Part shown: piece by piece, positions 44,047 through 52,328 of the stretch
Layout of the letters: each line of letters opens with the position of its first letter
How positions within the stretch are numbered: position 1 is the first letter of the stretch
Translations under genes and position numbers: made by a program
The notes under the pieces: model-generated
Databases searched by the model: none
What the model was told of the DNA's origin: nothing
What the model saw: the letters and a program-made list of their open reading frames with translations, nothing else
Assembly (NCBI GenBank): GCA_016870535.1
Contig: VGBK01000004.1
Span: forward strand, 1 to 57,708
Reading direction: 5' to 3'
Length of the DNA stretch: 57,708 nt
DNA from: Actinomycetota bacterium
Lineage (GTDB): Bacteria; Actinomycetota; Acidimicrobiia; Spongiisociales; UBA11373

Positions 44047-45498
44047 GTGACCGACTTCGAGCGGATCTTCCACCCCCGCCGGATGGCCCTCGTTGGGGTG
44101 TCCTCCGAGGGCGGCGCCGGCTTCGCCAACGGCATGCTGCTCGCCTGCCGGGCCATCGGCTTCTCCGGCGAGATCCTGGCGGTGAACCCCAAGGGCGGGT
44201 CGTTCGCCGGGCACACGATCTTCCGCAGCCTCGACGAGATCCCCGGCGAGATCGACTTCGCCGTCATCGCCGTGCCCGCTCCCGCCGTTCCCGCGGCGCT
44301 GGAGGCCTGCCGCCGCAAGGGGGCGGCCGGCGCCGAGGTGCTCACCGCCGGCTTCACCGAGACCGGCACTCCCGAAGGCCGGGCCCTCGAACAGCAGATC
44401 AGGGAGATCGCCGCCCGCGGCATCCGGGTGGTGGGCCCCAACTGCTTCGGGATCTACTGCCCGGCCTCCGGCCTGACGCTGCTGCCCGGGGCCGACCTAT
44501 CGAGGGAGAGCGGGCCGGTGGCCTTCCTCTCCCAGAGTGGCGGCATGTCGATCGACCTGGCCCACCTTGGGGGATGGATGGGCCTGCGCTTCAGCAAGGT
44601 GGTTTCCTTCGGCAACGGGGCCGACCTGCGCGAGGCCGAGTTGCTGCACTACCTGGCCGACGACCCCGAGACCGGGGTGATCGCCATGTATGTGGAGGGG
44701 GTGGCCGACGGCGGCGACTTCTTCCAGGCCATCCGCGCCGCCGCGGCGCGCAAGCCGGTGGTGGTGCTCAAGGGAGGCCTCTCAGAGGCCGGGGGGCGGG
44801 CGGTGGTGGGCCACACCGCCTCCATGGGGGGAAGCCGGGCCATCTGGTCGGGGGTGCTGCGACAGGTGAACGCCACCAGCGTCGCCAGCTTGGAGGAGTT
44901 GGCCCAGGCCTGCCTGGCCTTCTCGCATCTGCCGGCGCGGGTATTCCGCGGCATCTGCGCCGTCGGCGGCGGCGGCGCTCTGGGGGCGGCGGCCGGCGAC
45001 GCCGCCGAAGCGTACGGCATCAGGTTGCCGGCGTTCGCGTCGGACCTGCGGGCCCGCCTCGAGGCCATCCTGCCCCGCCCCGGGTCGAGCGCGGGCAACC
45101 CCGTCGACGTAGCCAATCCCTTCGTGCCGCCGGCAGTGCTGGGGCAGGTGCTGCGCCTGGCCGCCGAGGACGACCGGGTGGACCTGCAGGTGTTGATCTC
45201 GCTGCTCTACCACTACAAGTCCCAGGCGCGAGCCATAGGGGCAGCAGTGGCCGACATCACCCCGTTCGCCGAGTTGGCCGAGACGGTGGCTGCGGCGGCG
45301 GCCGACACGGGGAAGCCGGTGGTGATGGTGCTCCCCGACCTCATGCGGGGCCCCGAGAACCTCGACCTCGCCGCCATGATGGCCCGGGCCCGGGAGGAGT
45401 TCACCCGCCGGGGTGTGCCCGTCTTCGGAGCCGTCGGCCAGGCGCTGCGGGCGATCGGCCACGTCAACGCCTACTACGGGAGGCGCCGTGCCCGATGA
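44047..45498 (+). CDS. ADP-forming acyl/acetyl-CoA synthetase, alpha-type subunit (CoA-binding + CoA-ligase domains)
   Basis: VALVGVS..NP CoA-binding fold, GPNCFG, SQSGG and the phosphohistidine loop GHTASMGG. The GTG at 44047 is preferred over the track start 44005, which lies inside the terminator hairpin. Confidence 0.85.
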   Translation: MTDFERIFHPRRMALVGVSSEGGAGFANGMLLACRAIGFSGEILAVNPKGGSFAGHTIFRSLDEIPGEIDFAVIAVPAPAVPAALEACRRKGAAGAEVLTAGFTETGTPEGRALEQQIREIAARGIRVVGPNCFGIYCPASGLTLLPGADLSRESGPVAFLSQSGGMSIDLAHLGGWMGLRFSKVVSFGNGADLREAELLHYLADDPETGVIAMYVEGVADGGDFFQAIRAAAARKPVVVLKGGLSEAGGRAVVGHTASMGGSRAIWSGVLRQVNATSVASLEELAQACLAFSHLPARVFRGICAVGGGGALGAAAGDAAEAYGIRLPAFASDLRARLEAILPRPGSSAGNPVDVANPFVPPAVLGQVLRLAAEDDRVDLQVLISLLYHYKSQARAIGAAVADITPFAELAETVAAAAADTGKPVVMVLPDLMRGPENLDLAAMMARAREEFTRRGVPVFGAVGQALRAIGHVNAYYGRRRAR

Positions 45499-46201
45499 CC
45501 GCATCACCACCGTGGCCCTCCTCCTGGAACAGGCAGCGGCGCGCGGGCAAAGCACGCTGGCGGAGCACGAGGCCAAGCAGGTGCTGGCCGCCTACAGCCT
45601 GCCCGTCACCCGGGAGATCCTGGTCACGACACGGGCAGAGGTGGCGCCCGCAGCGGGGGCCATCGGCTACCCCGTGGCCGTGAAGGCGTCGTCCCCCGAG
45701 ATTCCCCACAAGAGCGAGCAAGGCCTGGTGCGGCTCGGCCTGGCCGACGAAGCCGCCGCCCTCCAGGCCTTCGACGCCGTCGCCTCCGCCCTGGCCGGGC
45801 GCGGCGGAGGAGTGCTGGTGCAGGAGATGATCACCGGCCGACGGGAACTGGCCATGGGCCTGGTGCGCGACCCCGACTTCGGGCCCTGCGTGATGTTCGG
45901 CCTGGGCGGCATCTTCACCGAGATCCTGGGCGACGCCGTCTTCCGCCGCGCCCCCCTGGAGCAGGCCGACGCCGACGACATGATGGCGGAGATCCGGGGG
46001 CGGGAGATGCTCGGCGCCATCAGGGGCCTGCCTGCTGCCGATCGCGACGCGTTGGCCGGCATGCTCATCGCCCTCGGGCAGATCGGCCTCGACCACGAAG
46101 GAGTCGCCGAGATCGACCTGAACCCGGTGATCCTGGCCGGGCCTCGGCCTGTGGTGGCGGACGCGCTGATCGTGCTGCGCCCCGAACTGCCCGTCCTCTG
46201 A
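45488..46201 (+). CDS. ADP-forming acyl-CoA synthetase, beta-type subunit (ATP-grasp domain)
   Basis: LAEHEAKQVLAAYSLPV, YPVAVKASSPEIPHKSEQGLV and EIDLNPV. The GTG at 45488 overlaps the alpha-subunit stop by 11 nt. Confidence 0.85.
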   Translation: MPDDRITTVALLLEQAAARGQSTLAEHEAKQVLAAYSLPVTREILVTTRAEVAPAAGAIGYPVAVKASSPEIPHKSEQGLVRLGLADEAAALQAFDAVASALAGRGGGVLVQEMITGRRELAMGLVRDPDFGPCVMFGLGGIFTEILGDAVFRRAPLEQADADDMMAEIRGREMLGAIRGLPAADRDALAGMLIALGQIGLDHEGVAEIDLNPVILAGPRPVVADALIVLRPELPVL

Positions 46202-46633
46202 TCAGCGGTTCAGCGACGCCTCCAAGCCGGCTATCGCCTTGCGTCCCAGACGGCCGAACAGGGGTTTCATCAGGAAGGCGAACCGGCGGATTCCCCCCTT
46301 CAGGGTGAAGTCGGCCCGGTACACCACCCGGGTGCCGCCCTCCGGGGCCTCCTGGAAGTCGATGGTGTCCACCGCCTCCACCGCCTCCGCCGAACCGCGC
46401 AGCACGAGGCGCGACGGGACGGCGTGCTCGATCACCTCGTAGGTCATGGGAACGACCCGCCCGGCGAACGTGGCGGCGACCTCGTAACGGGTGCCCACTC
46501 CTCCATCGCCGGACACCCGGGTCGAGGAACGAATGCCCGGATCCCACTCGGCGACTTTCGTGAAGTCGGCGACGTAGGCGAACACCTCGGGGCGGGGGCG
46601 GGAGGTGGCGGCGATTCCCTGGATGCTGATCAT
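46202..46633 (-). CDS. SRPBCC (polyketide cyclase/START-like) family protein
   Basis: 143 aa, RPEVFAYVADFTKVAEWDPGI pattern. Trimmed to the ATG at 46633. Confidence 0.75.
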   Translation of the reverse strand: MISIQGIAATSRPRPEVFAYVADFTKVAEWDPGIRSSTRVSGDGGVGTRYEVAATFAGRVVPMTYEVIEHAVPSRLVLRGSAEAVEAVDTIDFQEAPEGGTRVVYRADFTLKGGIRRFAFLMKPLFGRLGRKAIAGLEASLNR

Positions 46634-46713
46634 GCCTGCAGTTTCGGCCGACCGCTCCCGCACGGCAAACCGGGGAATCGGGTAGAGAAGCCCGACTCGC
46701 TCGACGGCCTCCG

Positions 46714-47952
46714 GTGGTCTATGTTGCCCGACTCGTGAGCCTCGCCGAGGAAAGCCCCCAGGCTGCGACGGCCGACGACGCCGAGCAAGAGACCTACCGC
46801 CCCGCCGGCGTGGCCACCCTGGCGGCCGGCCACGCCGCCCACGACACCTATGTCGGCTTCGTACCGGTGCTGCTGCCCACCTTCGTGGAGCGCTTCGCGC
46901 TGACCAACACGCAGGCCGGGTGGCTCTCGGCCTTCACCCAGATGCCGTCGATCCTGCAACCGGTCTTCGGCCACCTGGCCGACCGCCTGGTCCTCCGCCG
47001 GGTGGTGATCCTCGGCCCGGGGGTGACCGCCTCCCTGATGAGCCTGGCGGGGTGGGCGCCGTCCTACCCCGTGCTGGCTCTGCTGTTCGTCGCGGCCGGG
47101 GTGATGAGCGCCGCCTTTCACGCCGTCGGATCGGCGGCGGCCGGCAGGCTGTCGCTGCGTCACCTGGGCCGGGGCCTCAGCCTCTGGATGGTCGGTGGGG
47201 AACTGGGGGCGGCGCTCGGGCCGATACTGGCCGCGGCATCGCTGACCGTGCTCACCATGAAGGAGTTGGGCCTGCTGATGGTGCTGGGTTGGCTGGCATC
47301 CTTCCTGCTGTTCTTGCAGTTGCGCCGCGCCCCTCTCCACCGGGTATCGGGGGTCGACCGGCCCCACTGGCGCCGCTCACTCGGCCGCATGCGCCGCCTC
47401 ATGCTGCTCCTCGGCGCCCTGGCCGTCCTGCGCAGCATGGCGGTGAGCGCCCCCTGGGTCTTCGCCCCCCTTCTCCTGAAGGAGCAGGGCAGCAGCGGGT
47501 TCGTGGCCGGCGCCGCGGTGACGGTGTTCCTCGCTGCCGGGATGATCGGCACCCTGGGCGCCGGATGGCTCAGCGACCGCTTCGGCCGACGGCAGGTGCT
47601 GCTCATCGGGGTGCTCACCGGGCCGCCGGGGCTGCTCCTGTTCGTTGCCCTGAACGGCTGGGCCCGGTTCCCGTTCCTGGCCCTCGCCGGGGCGACCCTG
47701 GTGTCGCTGCACCCCGTCTGCATGGCCCTGGTTCAAGAGGCCTTCCCGGAGAGCCGGGGCCTGGCCAACGCCCTCTACCTGTCGACCGTGTTCGTGGTCT
47801 CCTCCGCCGCGGCGGTGGCGGTGGGAGCGCTGGGCGACGCCGTGGGCCTGCGCTGGGCCTTCGTGGTCAGCGCGCTGGTGACCTTCCTCAGCATCCCGCC
47901 GACGCTGATGCTGCCGAAGGAACGCAGCCGCTCCCGCTCTTCGGCCCGGTAG
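46714..47952 (+). CDS. MFS transporter, Fsr (fosmidomycin-resistance)-like family
   Basis: GHAAHDTYVGFVPVLLPTFVERFALTNTQAGWLSAFTQMPSILQPVFGHLADR resembles E. coli Fsr SHLLNDMIQ..YPLL..FSLT..QPVVGYWTDK (from memory). About 12 hydrophobic segments. The start is GTG at 46714 or 46735. Confidence 0.8.
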   Translation: MVYVARLVSLAEESPQAATADDAEQETYRPAGVATLAAGHAAHDTYVGFVPVLLPTFVERFALTNTQAGWLSAFTQMPSILQPVFGHLADRLVLRRVVILGPGVTASLMSLAGWAPSYPVLALLFVAAGVMSAAFHAVGSAAAGRLSLRHLGRGLSLWMVGGELGAALGPILAAASLTVLTMKELGLLMVLGWLASFLLFLQLRRAPLHRVSGVDRPHWRRSLGRMRRLMLLLGALAVLRSMAVSAPWVFAPLLLKEQGSSGFVAGAAVTVFLAAGMIGTLGAGWLSDRFGRRQVLLIGVLTGPPGLLLFVALNGWARFPFLALAGATLVSLHPVCMALVQEAFPESRGLANALYLSTVFVVSSAAAVAVGALGDAVGLRWAFVVSALVTFLSIPPTLMLPKERSRSRSSAR

Positions 47953-47974
47953 GCCCGGACCTACTCTGGGGGAT

Positions 47975-49105
47975 GTGACCAAGGAGCCCTGGCTCTCCCT
48001 CGTCGAGAGCGACCCCCGGCCTTGGCTGCTGGAGAGCGGCGAACCGGCGGCGCGCTGGGTGGCTCTCACCCACCTGCACGACCTGCCCGCCGACCATCCC
48101 GAAGTGGCGGCCGCCCACGAAGCGGTGCGGGCCGACCCCGGCACCCGCGACCTCATCGAGCGCCTGGGCCGCTGGGGAGACGACACCGGCGCCTCCGGCC
48201 ACCACAGCCCCGCCTATCAGCCCAACCTGCTGCACCTGCTAGCCGACATGGGCCTGCAGGCGGGCGACGATCCCCAGGTCGATGCGGTGGTCGACGGCAT
48301 GCTCGAGCACCAGGACGAGGCGGGCCGCTTCCAGGCCTTCGGCCGTCTCCGGGGCGCCCCCGGACCCGTCTGGTCTTCGCTCCTCTGCGACACCCACGCC
48401 ATCACCGAGGTCCTGATCCGCTTCGGCCGGAGCGGGCATCCCTCGGTGACCCGGGCGGTGCAGCGCATCGCAGCGGACCTGGCGCCGAGCGCCCAAGGAG
48501 ACGCCTGGCCCTGCCTTCCCGAGCGCCTCACCGGCTTCCGCGGCCCCGGCCGCCGGAACGACTTCTGCCCCCAGGTGACCCTGGAAGCCCTCCGCCTGTT
48601 CGCTCGCCTTCCCCGCCCACAACGGCCTCCGGGCCTCGTGGGCGTGGCCCGGGTCGCGGTACGCGCCTGGCGGGTGCGGGGCGAGGAGCAGCCTTACATG
48701 TTCGGCCACGGGTACCGCTTCAAGACGGTGAAGTGGCCTGCCTTCTGGTACGACCTGCATTGGGTGCTGGACACCGTGGGCCGCTATCCGGGCCTGTGGC
48801 GGGCTCCGACTGCCGACCCCGGCGACCGGCAGGACCTGGCGGAGATGCTGGCCTGCCTGGTGGCCTACAACTTCGGCCCTTCGGGCCGGGTCACCCCGCG
48901 GTCCTGCTACCGGGGTTTTGAGGCGTTCAGCTTCGGCCAGAAGAGACGGCCCTCCCCCTTCGCCACCGCCCGCCTGCTGGCCGTGGTGCGCCGGTTCGGC
49001 CCCTTGGCCGCCGCCGCCGCCGCCATAGACGTGCTGGCCTTGCCGAGTTCGAAGGGCGGGAGCGGCCGGCCCCGGCCCCCGCCCGCCGCGCCCGAGAGCA
49101 ACTGA
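47975..49105 (+). CDS. Hypothetical protein (possibly alpha/alpha-toroid, prenyltransferase/terpenoid-cyclase-like fold)
   Basis: 376 aa with real-protein composition. Trp/aromatic-rich helical-repeat pattern, and GC-rich third codon positions. No motif that I can name with certainty. Confidence 0.6.
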   Translation: MTKEPWLSLVESDPRPWLLESGEPAARWVALTHLHDLPADHPEVAAAHEAVRADPGTRDLIERLGRWGDDTGASGHHSPAYQPNLLHLLADMGLQAGDDPQVDAVVDGMLEHQDEAGRFQAFGRLRGAPGPVWSSLLCDTHAITEVLIRFGRSGHPSVTRAVQRIAADLAPSAQGDAWPCLPERLTGFRGPGRRNDFCPQVTLEALRLFARLPRPQRPPGLVGVARVAVRAWRVRGEEQPYMFGHGYRFKTVKWPAFWYDLHWVLDTVGRYPGLWRAPTADPGDRQDLAEMLACLVAYNFGPSGRVTPRSCYRGFEAFSFGQKRRPSPFATARLLAVVRRFGPLAAAAAAIDVLALPSSKGGSGRPRPPPAAPESN

Positions 49106-49146
49106 GCCTCAGGCCGGGGCCGCTTCCGGGAAGGAAGGACGGTCCT

Positions 49147-49177
49147 CCGGTGCCGAGAGGCGGATGCCCGGCACCGG
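49147..49177. terminator. Hairpin between convergent genes (putative bidirectional terminator)
   Basis: 9-bp stem CCGGTGCCG/CGGCACCGG with a 13-nt loop, abutting the SDR stop codon. Confidence 0.4.
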
Positions 49178-49963
49178 TCAGTCCATCCGAAGGCCGCCGT
49201 TGACACTGAGCGCCTCCCCGGTGATGTTGCCCGCGGCCAGGTCCGAACTCAGGAACAGCACGGCGTGAGCGATGTCGTCGGGGGTCTGGGGCCGGCGCAG
49301 GGGAATCAGCGACATGTTCGCCTGCCAGATCTCCTCGCGGGGCAGGCGCTGACGGGCACTGCGCGCGTCCAGGATCGTCTCCCACATGGCGGTGCGCAGG
49401 ATGCCCGGGCACACGGCGTTCACGTGGATGCCGTGCGGCGCCATCTCCTTGGCCATGGACTGGGTGAGGCCGATGGCCGCGAACTTCGAGGCGGCGTAGT
49501 GGGGCATGGTGGCCTGCCCCTCCTTCCCCGAGCGCGAGGAGATGTTGACGATCCGGCCGTGGCTTGCCGCCACCATGTGCGGCAGCACCGCCCGCGATGC
49601 CAGGTAGATGCCCTTCACGTTGGTGTCGTTGATGCGGTCCCACTCTTCTTCTGCGATGTCGAGGAACGGGAAGTCGCTGACGACGGCGGCGTTGTTCACC
49701 AGCACGTCGATCCGGCCGAACTGCTCCACGGCCCCGGCCGCCATCCGCTCCATGTCGGCGGCGAGGCGCACGTCGGCTTCGACCGCGACCACCCGGCAGT
49801 CCTCACGGTCGAGGGCTTCGGCCAGTTCCCGTGCCTCGGCCCCCAGGATGTCGGCGATAACGACGTGGGCCCCTTCAAGGTGGAATCCCCGGACGATGGC
49901 CGCGCCGATGTTCCGCGCCCCGCCGGTGACGATCGCTACCTTGCCTCGAAGGCCCAGATCCAT
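49178..49963 (-). CDS. SDR family oxidoreductase (3-oxoacyl-ACP reductase-like)
   Basis: VAIVTGGARNIGAA, NNAA and YAASKFA. Confidence 0.9.
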   Translation of the reverse strand: MDLGLRGKVAIVTGGARNIGAAIVRGFHLEGAHVVIADILGAEARELAEALDREDCRVVAVEADVRLAADMERMAAGAVEQFGRIDVLVNNAAVVSDFPFLDIAEEEWDRINDTNVKGIYLASRAVLPHMVAASHGRIVNISSRSGKEGQATMPHYAASKFAAIGLTQSMAKEMAPHGIHVNAVCPGILRTAMWETILDARSARQRLPREEIWQANMSLIPLRRPQTPDDIAHAVLFLSSDLAAGNITGEALSVNGGLRMD

Positions 49964-50019
49964 CCCTTACCTCCTCCGCGTCGCCGCCAAGTATCCCACC
50001 GTGGGAAGACCCCACGCCC

Positions 50020-50988
50020 TCAGAGCGCAACCGATCGTCCGGTGGCGATCGACGCCTCGATGGCTTCGATCGCCTGCTGGCAGGTGATGGCGTCGTCCAT
50101 GGTCGAGAGAGGCTCGCCGCCGTGCCGCAGGAGGGAGACGAAGTGAGCCACCTCGTTGATGATCGACCCCTGGTAGGCGGTGTAGGTCCGCGAGTGGGCG
50201 ATGCCTTTCTTGACCTCGACCCAATCCTGGTAGGTATAGCGCGCCGTCCCGGCGGTGCCGATCACTTTCACCAGGAAAGCCCACGGGTCGGCCGACAGAT
50301 CGTCGGCGGCGAAACTGGCCGACAGATGGGCAATGGCGCCGCTCTCCAACTCGACCAGGGCGAGGACCAGATCTTCCTTCTCAGGATCGGGATGGTTCAG
50401 GACGGCCTTGAAGGCGCTCACCCGTCTGGGCCGCCCCCCCAGGTACATCATCGAGTACAGGTTGTGGGTCATGATCTGCCGAACCACGCCCGGGTAAGCC
50501 GCGGCACGCTCATCACCGTGATAGATGTTGTACAGGACGTACACCGACACCACCCGGCCCAGGTCCCCACGTTGGATCAGGTGGCGCGCCCGCTCCACGC
50601 TCTGCTCGTAGATCATGTTGTGCCCGGGCATGCAGAGCAGTCCGGCCTCCTCGGCGCAGCGCTTCATCTCACGCACTTCGTCGGCGTTCGCCGCCACCGG
50701 CTTCTCGCAGAGAACGGGCTTGCCGGCCGCGAACGCCGCCTTGGCGTACTGCAGGTGGGTCTCCAGATTGGTGAGGACGAACACGGCGTCGACTTCGGGA
50801 TCGGCAACCAGCGCCTCCGGGGTCTCGAACCAGCGGCACCCGAACTCGGAGGCGCGCGTCCGGCCGCGCGCTTCGGTGCGGTTCCACACCCCGACGAGCC
50901 GAGCGCCGGAGCAGCGGGCCACGGCCTCGGCGTGCAGGACAGACACGTCGCCTGCGCCCAGAAACCCGATGCCGAGCGTCTCAGCCAT
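50020..50988 (-). CDS. Gfo/Idh/MocA family NAD(P)-dependent oxidoreductase
   Basis: IGFLGAGDVS Rossmann N-terminus and VLCEKPVA motif. Confidence 0.9.
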   Translation of the reverse strand: MAETLGIGFLGAGDVSVLHAEAVARCSGARLVGVWNRTEARGRTRASEFGCRWFETPEALVADPEVDAVFVLTNLETHLQYAKAAFAAGKPVLCEKPVAANADEVREMKRCAEEAGLLCMPGHNMIYEQSVERARHLIQRGDLGRVVSVYVLYNIYHGDERAAAYPGVVRQIMTHNLYSMMYLGGRPRRVSAFKAVLNHPDPEKEDLVLALVELESGAIAHLSASFAADDLSADPWAFLVKVIGTAGTARYTYQDWVEVKKGIAHSRTYTAYQGSIINEVAHFVSLLRHGGEPLSTMDDAITCQQAIEAIEASIATGRSVAL

Positions 50989-51167
50989 GGCGCCACTCCT
51001 AGTGCGTCTCCCGGGCCGAGCCGGAAAGCGCCGCTTCCCGTTGCCGATCGGGGGCTCAGCCTACGGGTTCGGGGGAGGGTCGTGGCCGGCGACGGCCCGA
51101 GGTGGACCTGCCCCCGCCTACCCCGCGCCGCGGGACGCAGACGGCCCCTGCGCCTGGGGCTGCGCCT

Positions 51168-51677
51168 CTACCCGGGGAACAGGCCCTCCGGGGCGTCGAT
51201 CACGATCCGGCCGTCCTCCGGGTCGCCCACCATCTGCTCCACGAACGGGACCTGGACCTCTTCTCCCGAGGGGGTCTCCACCACCAGGCGGTCCTGGAGA
51301 CCCCCGGCGACGACCTCCGCCACCCGGCCCAGCACGGTGCCGTTGGGGGCCACCGCCTCCAGGCCCACCAGGGAAGAAGCCCAGAACTCCCCTTCCGCCG
51401 GCGAGCGGCGCCCGGCGGCCTCACGCGTGAGGACCAGTCCGCGCAACCCCTCCGCCATGTCCCGGTCCTCCACCCCGGCGAAGGCCACGATGAGGCCGCG
51501 GTCGCGATAGGGACGGGAGGAGCGCACCTCGAGGAAGCGGTCGCCGACGCATAGCGTGGAGCCGCGGCGGAAGTCCCCCGGGTCGTCGCTCTCGGGAAGC
51601 ACGGTGACTTCCCCTCGCACCCCGTGGGGCCGCCCCACCCGGCCCACGATCACGCGGCCGTCAGTCGACGAACTCAA
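51168..51677 (-). CDS. rimM: 16S rRNA processing protein RimM
   Basis: VIVGRVGRPHGVRGEVTV and a PRC barrel C-terminus. The track start is a TTG at 51677. The GTG at 51653 (MIVGRVG) is an equally good start. Confidence 0.9.
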   Translation of the reverse strand: MSSSTDGRVIVGRVGRPHGVRGEVTVLPESDDPGDFRRGSTLCVGDRFLEVRSSRPYRDRGLIVAFAGVEDRDMAEGLRGLVLTREAAGRRSPAEGEFWASSLVGLEAVAPNGTVLGRVAEVVAGGLQDRLVVETPSGEEVQVPFVEQMVGDPEDGRIVIDAPEGLFPG

Positions 51678-51909
51678 CGTTCGCCCGGATGCCCTCTTCC
51701 TCGCCGGCGGCCTGGGCCAGGGTGCGGACGGCGTTCGCCACCCGTCCCCGGCGGCCGATGACCCGGCCCATGTCGCGCTTGGCGGTGCGCACTTCGACCA
51801 GGACGCGGTCCGGGCCTTCGTCGATCATCTCGACCCGCACCGCCTCCGGTTCCTCGACGATGGCCTTGGTCAGGTAGGTGACCACCCGTTCAACGATCTC
51901 ACCCTTCAC
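51661..51909 (-). CDS. KH-domain RNA-binding protein (YlqC-like)
   Basis: 82 aa with [15 protein letters not shown] (GxxG KH loop). GTGA overlap with rpsP. Confidence 0.9.
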   Translation of the reverse strand: MKGEIVERVVTYLTKAIVEEPEAVRVEMIDEGPDRVLVEVRTAKRDMGRVIGRRGRVANAVRTLAQAAGEEEGIRANVEFVD

Positions 51910-52325
51910 GACTGCTCCTCAGCGGTGTCCTCGGCGCCGTTCTCGTCGGCGTCCTCAGCAGCGTCGGCGTCGTCGCCGACGGCCTTCTCGGCCGCCGCCT
52001 CCAACTGGGCCTCCTCGCCCACCACGTGGATACGGGCCTCCCCGACGCGGATGCTGGTCGGAAGGGGTGCCGCCGGCGGGCCGGAGAGCACTCCCGCCAC
52101 CTGGAGGAGGCGGCGCACCGGCTCGGAGGGCTGGGCGCCGTGTTGCAGCCAGTAGGTCGCCCGCTCCTGGTCGATCTCGATCACCGAGGGCTCCTGGCGG
52201 GGGTCGTAGCGGCCGATCTGCTCGATGTAGCGGCCGTCGCGCGGGGCGCGCCCGTCGGCGACCACCACGCGGTAGCTCGGCTGCTTCTTCTTGCCCGTCC
52301 TGGTCAGGCGGATCCTCACCGCCAT
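51906..52325 (-). CDS. rpsP: 30S ribosomal protein S16 with acidic C-terminal extension
   Basis: [24 protein letters not shown]. Confidence 0.96.
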   Translation of the reverse strand: MAVRIRLTRTGKKKQPSYRVVVADGRAPRDGRYIEQIGRYDPRQEPSVIEIDQERATYWLQHGAQPSEPVRRLLQVAGVLSGPPAAPLPTSIRVGEARIHVVGEEAQLEAAAEKAVGDDADAAEDADENGAEDTAEEQS

Positions 52326-52328
52326 GCG

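Noticed and set aside
41927-47952. GAPDH plus MFS as an ArsJ-type arsenate-resistance module (1-arseno-3-phosphoglycerate export)
   Set aside because: The MFS is 2.7 kb away in a separate transcription unit, and its N-terminal motifs resemble Fsr rather than what I recall of ArsJ. No arsR/arsB/arsC genes are present, and a terminator follows gap.
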